Of a DNA stretch of 64,000 nucleotides, positions 42,894 to 55,297 are shown in pieces. The DNA lies in the NCBI GenBank assembly GCA_026707545.1, contig JAPOWR010000006.1, positions 86,927 through 150,926 on the forward strand, read 5' to 3'. Within the stretch, counting starts at the first letter, position 1. Every line of letters begins with the position of its first letter. A program made the translations under genes and the position numbers. This DNA is from Acidobacteriota bacterium. Lineage in GTDB: Bacteria; Acidobacteriota; Thermoanaerobaculia; Multivoradales; Multivoraceae. Below the pieces are notes generated by a model that saw only the letters and a list, made by a program, of their open reading frames with translations, ran no database searches and was not told the origin of the DNA.

Positions 42894-43931
42894 CCGGCCT
42901 GCTCCGACGGATCGAACGCTTCATCGCCACCGGCGAGGGCAGGTTCGGTCGTCTGGCAGCAGCAGCGGCCCGTTCCGGAATCGAGCGGGTCGAGCCCTAC
43001 CGCCGCCTTTGCGAACGGCGCGGCATCGCGCCTGCCGCACTCGACGACTGGCGTTCGGCGCCTCCGGTCCCGACGTCGGCCTTCAAGTCGCTGCACCTAT
43101 CCGCCGCCGAGCCCCGGGTCGTCTTCCGCAGCAGCGGCACCACGCTCGGTGGCGAACGCCGGAGCGTCCACTACCACCCGTACCCCGATCTCTACCGGAC
43201 CGTGATCGACGCCACCTTCGCCGGCGCCTGTCTGCCCGCGGGCGTGGGGCGGATGCCCATGCTCTCGCTCATCCCGAACCGCGCAACCGTGCCCGACTCG
43301 AGTCTCCTTCATGGTGGATCACGTGTTCGAGCGCCACGCCGCGCCCGGCAGCGCCTGGGCCGCGTCGAACGCCGGCATCGACCTCGATCTCGCCTGCCGG
43401 TGGCTCCGCGCCCGCGCCGAGGGCGAACCGGTCTTCGTCCTCGCCACCGCCCTCGCCCTCGTCCTGCTCCTCGACCGGCTCGAAGCCGAGGAGAAGCCGG
43501 CCATCCGCCTGCCGCCAGGCAGCCGCGTCTTCGAGACCGGCGGCTTCAAGGGCCGCACTCTGGTCACCACCCCCGAGGCGGTAAGGCAACGGGCCAAGGC
43601 CCAGCTGAGCCTCGGCCCGGACGCCGTGGTGCGCGAGTACGGCATGACCGAGCTGACTAGCCAGGCCTACTCCCGCCCCGGCGGCGAGCGTCTGCGAACG
43701 CCGCCGTGGATGCCGTTCAGGGTCCTCGATCCGGAGACCCTCGAAGAGGTCGAGCACGGCCAAGCCGGCCTGCTCTCCTTCTTCGACCTCGCGAACCTCG
43801 GCTCTGTCTGCCACGTCCTGACGGAAGACCTCGGCGTCCGCGAAGGCGACGCCTTCCACCTGCTCGGCCGCGCCACCGGCGCCGAACTCCGCGGCTGCTC
43901 GCTGACCGCCGAAGAACTGGGCGCCGCGTGA
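42890..43931 (+). pseudogene. luxE: LuxE-family acyl-protein synthetase, reading frame interrupted by a +1 shift near 43300-43310 (pseudogene, assembly error or recoding)
   Basis: The N-terminal 139 aa lie in the frame of ATG 42890 (ATGA overlap with the helicase stop): ...FKSLHL...VFRSSGTT...LSLIPNRATVPDSSL. The C-terminal 207 aa lie in the +1 frame: FMVDHV...FETGGFKGR...EYGMTELTSQAYS...FFDLANLGSVCHVLTEDLG...ELRGCSL. Together they make one ~346-aa LuxE-like protein. Confidence 0.75.
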
Positions 43932-43946
43932 CGAAGTTAGACGTTC

Positions 43947-45200
43947 GTGAACCGTAGAGAATCCCGCCAAGGCAACGCCCGATCTCTGGGTGCGCGGACC
44001 TTCTGGTCCGCATCCGGCGCGGAGCGCCGGTTCCGGAGGAGCTCACTCAAGGACACGACCCAGAGCCTCGCCCAGGGCGCTCGCGCGCTTCGAGCCATCC
44101 CGGAAGAGGACCTCCCCGCCGCCTGGAACGACACCCTTGCCGCCTTCCTCGATGCCGGCAGCCCCGAACGCCGCGAACTCGATCCCGACCTGCTGCAATC
44201 CACCGGCCTCTCTCCCACCGGTCTCGACCGCGGCCTTCAAGCCATCGGCTCCGGAATGGTCGGCCAACCCGCGGCCGCCGAACTTCGCCGCCCGCACTGC
44301 CAGCAGGCGGACGGCTTCAGCCTCGTGGTTCTGCCGGCCAGCCCACCGGGCCTGATGCTTCAGTCCCTCCTCCCTGCCCTGGCCGCGCGCGCACCCGTCC
44401 TGTTCAAGTCGTCACGGGCCGAGCCCTGCTTCGCACCGGCATTCCTCGCCGCCCTCGCCCACCGCCTGCCCGCCCTCGACGAGGCCTACGCCAGCGCCAC
44501 CTGGACAGGGGGCGACGCCTCGATCGAGGGCGGGCTCTACTCCGCCGCCCGGCTCGTCGCCGCCTACGGCAACGAAGCAACGATCGACTCGGTGAGAGCC
44601 GCAGGCACTCGCCGCCTCATCACCTTCGGCCCGAAGCTCAGCCTCGGCTGGGTCGGACGCGACGCCGACGTGGAGCAAACCGCCCGCGGCATGGCCCTCG
44701 ACATCGGACTCTTCGACCAGCGCGGCTGTCTCTCCGTCGAGGCCGTGTTCGTCAAGCCCGCCATTGCGACCACCTTCGCCGCCGCTCTCGCCGAGGCCAT
44801 CAGGGAACTCGCGCTCGATCTCCCACCCGGCCGCAGCGACGCCGCCGAGCGCGCCGGCGTCCGCCTCGCCCGCGAGGACGCCGACCTCCGTGGTCTGCGC
44901 CGCTACGGCGACGCACTCGACGCCGGCACCGTCATCCTCGATTCCGACCCGAGCATCCGCCCCTCACCCGGCCTGCGCACCGTCCGCATCCACCCGGCCG
45001 AGGGCGTCCCGACCCTCAACGAGTGGAACGGCCGGCTTCAGGGCGTCGCCGTCGCCGGCCACATGCCCGCGACCGTCCGCCGCGCCTTCGACCACGCCGG
45101 CGTCTCCCGCTTCGCCCCCGCCGGCGAACTCCAGGCGACCGAAGCCGCCTGGCGCAACGGCGGCATCGATCTCGCCGCCGAGTTCGCAGGCAGTGACTAG
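43947..45200 (+). CDS. luxC: LuxC-family acyl-CoA (acyl-protein) reductase
   Basis: VAAYGNEATIDSVRA and GLFDQRGCLSVEAVFV (catalytic Cys context) match the LuxC/aldehyde-dehydrogenase-like reductases. GTG start 15 nt after the luxE stop; the start is uncertain. Confidence 0.8.
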   Translation: MNRRESRQGNARSLGARTFWSASGAERRFRRSSLKDTTQSLAQGARALRAIPEEDLPAAWNDTLAAFLDAGSPERRELDPDLLQSTGLSPTGLDRGLQAIGSGMVGQPAAAELRRPHCQQADGFSLVVLPASPPGLMLQSLLPALAARAPVLFKSSRAEPCFAPAFLAALAHRLPALDEAYASATWTGGDASIEGGLYSAARLVAAYGNEATIDSVRAAGTRRLITFGPKLSLGWVGRDADVEQTARGMALDIGLFDQRGCLSVEAVFVKPAIATTFAAALAEAIRELALDLPPGRSDAAERAGVRLAREDADLRGLRRYGDALDAGTVILDSDPSIRPSPGLRTVRIHPAEGVPTLNEWNGRLQGVAVAGHMPATVRRAFDHAGVSRFAPAGELQATEAAWRNGGIDLAAEFAGSD

Positions 45201-46162
45201 GGCTCCGGCGGCAGCCCCGACACCGTCTCGACCACCACGCCGTCCTTGACCCGGCACGACCGCGGCAGCGTGCGGTACAGCGGATTCAGGAACGTCGGCG
45301 GCGCCTCGCGGATCTCGAAGGCCGGGCCGTAGGACCAGAAGAACGTCCGGTTCTCGTCCGGGGTCGCGGAGCTGAGCACCCACATCCGGCCGCCGTCGAA
45401 GACGTGCTGGTTCAGGCTGTCGACCGCCTTGCCCAGGTCCTCGTCGAGGTCGGCGATGACCAGCCAGTGCTCGCCCTCCTCGAGCTCCGGCACGATCGTG
45501 AACAGACAAAGCCTGCTGTCGCCGTCGCCGCTGCAGATCTCTTCGATCGCGAGACCCGGCTTGAGCCGGGTCGCCAGGTTGTCGAGCGGCAGGTCCGGCG
45601 CGGCGCGGGCAAACGCCAGCAGGCCCACGGTCAGGACGCCGACGACGGCGAGCCGGATCCACGGCACGGTGTCGGCCGCCCGCCTGCCCAGAAAGGCGAT
45701 GGCCAGTGCCGGCACCATGAGCGCCAGGTCCTGCCAGAACGCCTCGGCCGGGGTGCGCTCGACCAGGTTGCCGAAGCAGCCGCAGCCCGCCTCGTCCTCG
45801 GTCGCGATGCCGCGCAGGTCGCGGTAGTAGGCCCGGCCCGTCAGGAACAGGAAGAAGGCGACCAGCAGCGCCGACGGCCCGAGCACCCACATCCGCCGGA
45901 GCCCCAGGATCAGCGCGCTGCCGAGACCCATCTCGAGCGCCAGCGCGATCGCGGTGACCACGACGGCCGGCAGCAGGAAGTCGAGACCCTCGATCTCGAT
46001 CAGCTTGACGAATGCCTGAGGGTCGAGCGCCTTGACGACTCCTCCAAACACCAGCACCGCACCGAGAAAGGCGCCGCCGGCCCATCCGATCAGACTCAGA
46101 GCGCCCTCCGGGAGGCGCCCGGGGACCGCCGCCCGGGTCTCCTGGCGCACCCTAGTCGACAC
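45197..46162 (-). CDS. MauE/DoxX-family membrane protein with an extra ~150-aa C-terminal soluble domain
   Basis: Four TM helices with the MauE-type GCGCFGNL motif. The C-terminal domain has a thioredoxin-like beta-alpha pattern, but I see no CxxC. Its 3' end overlaps the luxC 3' end by 4 nt (convergent). Confidence 0.7.
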   Translation of the reverse strand: MSTRVRQETRAAVPGRLPEGALSLIGWAGGAFLGAVLVFGGVVKALDPQAFVKLIEIEGLDFLLPAVVVTAIALALEMGLGSALILGLRRMWVLGPSALLVAFFLFLTGRAYYRDLRGIATEDEAGCGCFGNLVERTPAEAFWQDLALMVPALAIAFLGRRAADTVPWIRLAVVGVLTVGLLAFARAAPDLPLDNLATRLKPGLAIEEICSGDGDSRLCLFTIVPELEEGEHWLVIADLDEDLGKAVDSLNQHVFDGGRMWVLSSATPDENRTFFWSYGPAFEIREAPPTFLNPLYRTLPRSCRVKDGVVVETVSGLPPEP

Positions 46163-46247
46163 GGCTTGCTCTCATCGGTCCGTAGTCCATCCGTTGCTAT
46201 CCTGACCGGCGCTCCGAGACGGGCCAGATCGCGCCGCAGACTACCCC

Positions 46248-47924
46248 ATGATCTCCATCTCCAACCTCGGCAAGAGCTTCGGCGAACAGACCCTGTTCAC
46301 CGGCGCGAGTGTCCGCTTCGCGAAAGGCGAACGCTACGGACTCGTGGGCTCCAACGGCTCGGGAAAGTCGACCCTGCTGCGCATCCTGAGCGGCGACGAA
46401 CCGGTCAGCGAGGGCTCGATCTCCATCCCGAAGCGGTGCCGGCTCGGGGTGCTGAAGCAGGACCACTTCGAGTACGAGGAGGTTCCGATTCTCGACGTCG
46501 TGATGATGGGCAACGCCGAGCTCTGGGACGCGATGGTCGAGAAGGATCGGCTGCTGGAGCGGGCCGACGAGCACTTCGACGGCGACCGCTTCGCCGCGCT
46601 CGAGGAGGTCGTCATGCGCTGGGACGGCTACTCGCTCGAGTCCCGGGCCGCCGAGATCCTGGAGGGGCTGGGGATCGAGACGGAGGTCCATCGTCAGCCG
46701 CTCTCGACTCTCTCCGGCGGCTTCAAGCTCCGCGTGCTGCTGGCGCAGACCCTGGCGGCGGCTCCCGACGCGCTGCTGCTCGACGAGCCGACGAACCACC
46801 TCGACATCCTGTCCATCCGCTGGCTCGAGAAGTTCCTGTCCGACTTCAGGGGCGTGGTCCTCGTCGTCTCCCACGACCACCGCTTCCTCGACAACGTCTG
46901 CACCCAGATCGCCGACATCGACTACGAGACGTTGACCGTCTACCCCGGCACGTACTCCAACTTCGAGCGGAAGAAGGTTGAGGAACGGGCCCGCCGCGAG
47001 GCCGAGATCGCACAGCGCCAGCAGGAGATCGACCACCACCAGAAGTTCGTCGACCGCTTCCGCTACAAGGCGAGCAAGGCGCGGCAGGCCCAGAGCCGGG
47101 TGAAGCTGATCAACCGGATGACGATCGAGCCGCTGCCGCAGAGTTCGCGGCGCTATCCGCTGTTCCGGTTCGCGTCGCGGCGACCCTCCGGCAAGCGCGT
47201 GCTCACCCTCGAGGGCATCTCGAAGAGCTACGGCGACAACCACGTGCTCGACGACGTGTCGATCGAGATCGGCCGCGGAGAGCGGATCGCGATCATCGGT
47301 CCGAACGGGATCGGCAAGTCGACCCTGCTCAAGATCGCGATCGGCGAGGTCCCCGCCGACTCCGGCGAGATCGACTGGGGCTACGAGACCCACCCCGGCT
47401 ACTTCGCCCAGGACCACCGCCAGCAACTGCTGGACAGCCAGGGTGCGGAGCGCAAGACGGTCGAGAACTGGCTCTGGGACTGCTGCCCCGGCGAACCGAT
47501 CGGCTTCGTGCGCGGCCAGCTCGGCGCCGTCCTGTTCTCCAAGGACGAGGCGATCAAGCGGATCGGCAGCCTCTCCGGCGGCGAGGCGGCACGTCTCCTC
47601 TTCTGCCGCCACATCGTCCTCAAGCCCAACGTGATGGTGCTGGACGAGCCGACGAACCACCTCGACCTGGAGGCGATCGAAGCGCTGATCGAGGGGCTTT
47701 CCGACTACCCCGGCACCCTGCTCCTCGTGTCCCACGACCGCTGGTTCGTGAGCCGCCTCGCGACCCGGATCATCGAGATCTCGAGGGACGGCGTCAACGA
47801 CTTCGTCGGCAGCTACGACGAGTACCTCGACCGCCTCGGCGACGACCACCTCGACCGGGCGGCGGCGCTGGTCAGGGCGAAGAGGGAGAAACGGGAGAAG
47901 AAGGCGGCAGCGCAGGCTCTCTAG
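46248..47924 (+). CDS. ABC-F family ATPase (two ABC domains, no TM domain)
   Basis: Walker A GSNGSGKST and GPNGIGKSTLL. Signatures LSGGFKLRVLLAQ and LSGGEAARLLF. Charged inter-domain linker and K/E-rich C-terminal tail. Confidence 0.9.
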   Translation: MISISNLGKSFGEQTLFTGASVRFAKGERYGLVGSNGSGKSTLLRILSGDEPVSEGSISIPKRCRLGVLKQDHFEYEEVPILDVVMMGNAELWDAMVEKDRLLERADEHFDGDRFAALEEVVMRWDGYSLESRAAEILEGLGIETEVHRQPLSTLSGGFKLRVLLAQTLAAAPDALLLDEPTNHLDILSIRWLEKFLSDFRGVVLVVSHDHRFLDNVCTQIADIDYETLTVYPGTYSNFERKKVEERARREAEIAQRQQEIDHHQKFVDRFRYKASKARQAQSRVKLINRMTIEPLPQSSRRYPLFRFASRRPSGKRVLTLEGISKSYGDNHVLDDVSIEIGRGERIAIIGPNGIGKSTLLKIAIGEVPADSGEIDWGYETHPGYFAQDHRQQLLDSQGAERKTVENWLWDCCPGEPIGFVRGQLGAVLFSKDEAIKRIGSLSGGEAARLLFCRHIVLKPNVMVLDEPTNHLDLEAIEALIEGLSDYPGTLLLVSHDRWFVSRLATRIIEISRDGVNDFVGSYDEYLDRLGDDHLDRAAALVRAKREKREKKAAAQAL

Positions 47925-47953
47925 CAGCCGGCGCCCCGCGGCCCAGCCTCCTC

Positions 47954-51430
<3,477 letters not shown>

Positions 51431-51439
51431 TTCGCCACG

Positions 51440-51805
51440 CTACCGCGGCAGCCGCGGCCAGATTCCCGTGGCGAGCAGGGCGCCGACGCCGACGCCGACG
51501 GCATCGGCGACCAGATCCATCCACTCTCCGGACCGGTAGCCGACCAGCCTCTGCACCACCTCGATGGCCCCTCCATAGGCCACGGCGCCGGCGGCCGCCA
51601 CGAACACGCCGCGAACCTTCCCCGCCCGCGCTGCCGGCGCGCACCAGGCCCAGGCGAGCACGGTGAAGAGCACGCCGTGCGCGATCCAGTCCCAGGGCGC
51701 CCGCGCCGCCACCCTGGGCGTATCGCCCACGAGCAGGGCGAGGAAGCGCGCCAGGCCGCGCTCCAGCGGTTCCGCCAACAGCGGCGCGGGCAGGAGCAGG
51801 AACAA
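51440..51805 (-). CDS. VanZ-family membrane protein (start uncertain)
   Basis: YGGAIEVVQRLVGYRSGEWMDLVADAVGV matches the VanZ E..Q...R...D..N/D..G core. The only ATG/GTG/TTG start in the open frame is TTG 51805, with no SD. The frame stays open and hydrophobic upstream to 51958. Confidence 0.6.
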   Translation of the reverse strand: MFLLLPAPLLAEPLERGLARFLALLVGDTPRVAARAPWDWIAHGVLFTVLAWAWCAPAARAGKVRGVFVAAAGAVAYGGAIEVVQRLVGYRSGEWMDLVADAVGVGVGALLATGIWPRLPR

Positions 51806-51872
51806 CGCGATGACGCCCGCGACGCCGACCGAGAGCAGTCGCCAGGTGGGCGCGGGGCGCCGCCGGAGGGAA

Positions 51873-53597
51873 TCAGCGCGGTCCGACGAACCCCTCCTTC
51901 TCCAGGTGGAGGATGACCTGCTGCGCGGCCTCCTCGGCGGTGATGTCCGTCGTATCGATCACCATGTCCGGGTTCTCGGGCGCCTCGTACGGATCGGAGA
52001 TGCCGGTGAAGGCGTCGATCAGCCCCGCCCTGGCCTTGGCGTAGAGCCCCTTGACGTCGCGTTCTTCGCACACCTCGAGCGGCGTCGCCACATGGATCAG
52101 GATGAACCCGCCCACGTCCTCGATCATCTCGCGCACGTCCTGCCGGACGTTCTCGTACGGGGCGATCGGAGCGCAGATCGCGACACCGCCGTTCTTCGTG
52201 ATCTCCGAAGCGACGAAGCCGATCCGCCGGATGTTGATGTCGCGGTGTTCCCGGGAAAAGCCGAGCTCGGAGGACAGGTTGGTGCGCACGATGTCGCCGT
52301 CGAGCAACGTCACCGGCCGGCCGCCGGCCTCGAGGAACTTGACCAGCAGGACGTTCGCGATCGTCGACTTGCCGGCGCCGGAAAGCCCGGTGAAGAACAC
52401 GGTGAAGCCCTGGTTGCTGCGGGCCGGATGGCTGCGGCGCAGCTCCTGGGCCACCTCCGGGAAGGTGAACCACTCGGGAATCGGCAGACCGCGCCGCAGA
52501 CGCCGGCGCAGGTCGCTGCCGGAGATGGAGAGCGTCCGCTCACCCTCCTTCACGGTATCCACCGGTTCGTACGAATCGCGGTCCTCCACGTAGACCATCA
52601 ACCGGAAGGGGACCATCTTCACGCCGAGTTCGGCCTCGTGCTCGACCATCAGCTCCTGCGCGTCGTAGGGGCCGTAGAACGGCTGGCCCTTCGAATCGAC
52701 CCCCGGACCCGCATGGTCGCGGCCCACGATCAGGTGCGTGCACCCGTAGTTCCTGCGGATCAGGGCATGCCACAGCGCCTCGCGCGGCCCCGCCATGCGC
52801 ATGGCGAGAGGGAGCAGCGCCAGCTCCGCGGTGTGGCGCGGATAGTGGGCGAGAACCTTGCGGTAGCAGCGGACCCGCGTGTAGTGATCGAGATCGCCCG
52901 GCTTCGTCATGCCGACGACGGGGTGAATCAGCAGGTTCGCCTCCAGCTCGCGGGCCGCCCGCAGCGTCAGCTCGAAGTGCGCCCGGTGCATGGGGTTGCG
53001 GGTCTGGAAGGCCACCGCCGTCTTCCAGCCGAGCTGGGCGAAGCGGCGTCGCAACTGCAGGGGCGTCTTCCGCAGTCCGGGGAAGTCGTAGTGCCGGGGC
53101 AGCTGGATCCCCTCGATCCGGCCGCCGACGGAGACGGTGTTCGTCCGCTGGTACAGATGGGCGACCCCCGGGTGGGCCTGGTCGAGCGTGCCGTAGACCA
53201 GTTGCGCTTCCTTGCGCCGGTCGTGCTCCCAGACGTCCTCGACCGTGAGCACCGCCAGCATCAGTCCCTCCGGGTCGCGCAGCACCAGCTTCGATCCCGC
53301 TTCGAGACCGGAAGCGGCCTCCGGCGTCACATCGAGCGTGATCGGCATCGGCCACAGTGATCCGGAAGGCAGACGCATCGTCTCGCAGACGCTGTCGAAG
53401 GCGGCCCGGTTCATGAACCCGTCGAGCGGCGCGAAGCCGCCGCACATCAGCAGCTCCAGATCGCAGATCTGGCGCGGCGTCAGGGTCCAGGAAGGCCATT
53501 CACGGGAGCCCTCCCGCAGTTCGTTCAGGCGATCCGGGGCGGCGATCAGCGACCGTGGCGAGCCGCTGCGCCGCGCCCCTCGCGGCTCGGTCATCAT
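51873..53597 (-). CDS. Bifunctional sulfate adenylyltransferase / adenylylsulfate kinase
   Basis: ATP sulfurylase motif FQTRNPMHRAHFELT and a C-terminal APS kinase P-loop GLSGAGKSTIA. 574 aa. Confidence 0.9.
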   Translation of the reverse strand: MMTEPRGARRSGSPRSLIAAPDRLNELREGSREWPSWTLTPRQICDLELLMCGGFAPLDGFMNRAAFDSVCETMRLPSGSLWPMPITLDVTPEAASGLEAGSKLVLRDPEGLMLAVLTVEDVWEHDRRKEAQLVYGTLDQAHPGVAHLYQRTNTVSVGGRIEGIQLPRHYDFPGLRKTPLQLRRRFAQLGWKTAVAFQTRNPMHRAHFELTLRAARELEANLLIHPVVGMTKPGDLDHYTRVRCYRKVLAHYPRHTAELALLPLAMRMAGPREALWHALIRRNYGCTHLIVGRDHAGPGVDSKGQPFYGPYDAQELMVEHEAELGVKMVPFRLMVYVEDRDSYEPVDTVKEGERTLSISGSDLRRRLRRGLPIPEWFTFPEVAQELRRSHPARSNQGFTVFFTGLSGAGKSTIANVLLVKFLEAGGRPVTLLDGDIVRTNLSSELGFSREHRDINIRRIGFVASEITKNGGVAICAPIAPYENVRQDVREMIEDVGGFILIHVATPLEVCEERDVKGLYAKARAGLIDAFTGISDPYEAPENPDMVIDTTDITAEEAAQQVILHLEKEGFVGPR

Positions 53598-53715
53598 CTG
53601 CTCCGTCGACGTCGTCGTAGTGCGGCCCAGCAGTGCCGGCCGGCCGCGCAGTCTAGCAGCCAGCTAAGGTTCTCCCCTCATCTGTTTCGGAACGAATCGG
53701 CCCGGGAGAAGAAGC

Positions 53716-55266
53716 ATGGTCTGGGAGCGAGAGATCGAGGAGCTGAGGCGGCGCCGCGAGTTCGCCCGGCAGATGGGCGGCGAGGCCGGCATCGCGGAGC
53801 AGCACCGCCGCGGCAAGCTGACGATCCGGGAGCGTCTCGACGTGTTCACCGACGAGGGCTCGTTCCAGGAGATCGGCGAGCTCGCCGGAGTGGCCAGCTA
53901 CGACGGCAACGAGCTCCAGGACGTCCGGCCCTCGAACCGGGTCATCGGGCTCGCCCGCCTGAACGGACGTCGCGCGGTCCTGAACGGCGGCGACTTCACC
54001 GTGCGCGGCGGCGCCTCCGACGCCTCGGTCGGCGACAAGGGCGGCCACGCCCAGAAGCTGGCGCTCGGCTGGCGCCTGCCCTACGTGCGCCTCCTCGACT
54101 CCACCGGCGGCAGCGTCAAGACCTTCGAGAAGATCGGACGCACCTACATCCCGACCAACCCCGCCACCCCGGGCATCGAGGACCTGTTGTGCAGGGTGCC
54201 GGTCCTCGCCGCCGTGCTCGGTTCGGTCGCCGGGCTGCCAGCGGTCGAGGCCTGCCTCGCCCACTTCAACGTCATGGTCAGGGGCACGAGCCAGGTGTTC
54301 CCGGGCGGTCCTCCGGTCGTCAAGGCCGCGCTCGGCATCGACATCACGAAGGAAGATCTCGGCGACGAGCGCACGCAGGTGTTCGGCAGCGGCGTGATCG
54401 ACAATCTCGCCGACTCCGAGGAAGAGGCCTTCGCGATGCTCAAGCAGTTCCTGAGCTACCTGCCCGACAGCGTCTGGCAAATGCCGCCCCGCGGCGAGAC
54501 CCACGACGACCCGGAGCGCCGCGAGCCGTCGCTCCTGTCCGCCATCCCGCGCGAGAAGAACAGGGCCTACGACCCGAGAGCGATCCTCGACGCCGTGCTC
54601 GACCGCGACTCCTTCTTCGAGATCACGCCGCACTACGGGCGCTCCCGCATCGTCGGCCTCGCCCGCGTCAACGGCTATCCGGTCGGTACGATGATCAACA
54701 ACCCGAGCTATCTCGGCGGCTCGATGAACGTCGCCGCCGGCACGAAGGTGATCCGCTTCCTGCAGCTATGCGACACCTTCCACCTGCCGATGGTCTACTT
54801 CGCCGACGAGCCCGGGTTCATGGTCGGCCCCGAGCAGCAGCGCCAGGGGATCGTCCGCGCCGGCGCCAAGATGCTCTGCGCGACGCTTCGCACCCGTGTG
54901 CCGTGGCTGACGATCGTCATCCGCCAGCTCTACGGCGTTGCCGGCCAGTGCCACGACCGCCCGAGCGGCATGTTCCGGCGCGTCGCGTGGCCTTCCGGCC
55001 ACTGGGGCTCGATGCACATTTCCGGCGGCGTCACCGCCGCCTACCGGCGCATCATCCGGGAGTCCGACGACCCCGCGGCCAAGCAGAAGGAGATCGAGGA
55101 CCGCCTCGAGGCCCTGGCGTCGCCGTTCCGCACCGCCGAGGCGTTCAACATCGAGGAGATCATCGATCCCCGCGAGAGCCGGCCGATGGTCTGCGACTTC
55201 ATCGACACCGCCCAGGCGGTTCTCGAAACCCAGCTCGGGCCGAGTCCGACGCCGTACATGCCGTAG
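53716..55266 (+). CDS. Acyl-CoA carboxylase carboxyltransferase (beta) subunit, propionyl-CoA carboxylase type
   Basis: Tandem crotonase-like carboxyltransferase halves (NGGDFTVRGGASD; MVYFADEPGFMVG). 516 aa. Confidence 0.9.
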   Translation: MVWEREIEELRRRREFARQMGGEAGIAEQHRRGKLTIRERLDVFTDEGSFQEIGELAGVASYDGNELQDVRPSNRVIGLARLNGRRAVLNGGDFTVRGGASDASVGDKGGHAQKLALGWRLPYVRLLDSTGGSVKTFEKIGRTYIPTNPATPGIEDLLCRVPVLAAVLGSVAGLPAVEACLAHFNVMVRGTSQVFPGGPPVVKAALGIDITKEDLGDERTQVFGSGVIDNLADSEEEAFAMLKQFLSYLPDSVWQMPPRGETHDDPERREPSLLSAIPREKNRAYDPRAILDAVLDRDSFFEITPHYGRSRIVGLARVNGYPVGTMINNPSYLGGSMNVAAGTKVIRFLQLCDTFHLPMVYFADEPGFMVGPEQQRQGIVRAGAKMLCATLRTRVPWLTIVIRQLYGVAGQCHDRPSGMFRRVAWPSGHWGSMHISGGVTAAYRRIIRESDDPAAKQKEIEDRLEALASPFRTAEAFNIEEIIDPRESRPMVCDFIDTAQAVLETQLGPSPTPYMP

Positions 55267-55297
55267 ACCCGCTGAGAAGCGAAGGAGGCCCCAATCC

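Noticed and set aside
43290-43311. Programmed +1 ribosomal frameshift (prfB-like) as an explanation for the luxE frame break
   Set aside because: There is no in-frame stop or rare codon at the shift site. There is no SD-like element 3 nt upstream and no obvious downstream structure. A sequencing/assembly indel or a genuine mutation is more parsimonious. The break is kept as a finding but not called as recoding.
42116-43660. 514-aa ORF spanning the helicase 3' end and the luxE 5' half
   Set aside because: It is a chimera. The part before 42890 is an alternative frame of the helicase. The part after about 43307 is out-of-frame read-through of luxE. Only 42890 to about 43306 is meaningful, as the LuxE N-terminal half.
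46197-47849. 550-aa minus-strand ORF opposite the ABC-F gene
   Set aside because: Antisense shadow ORF. The plus-strand product has two complete ABC cassettes.
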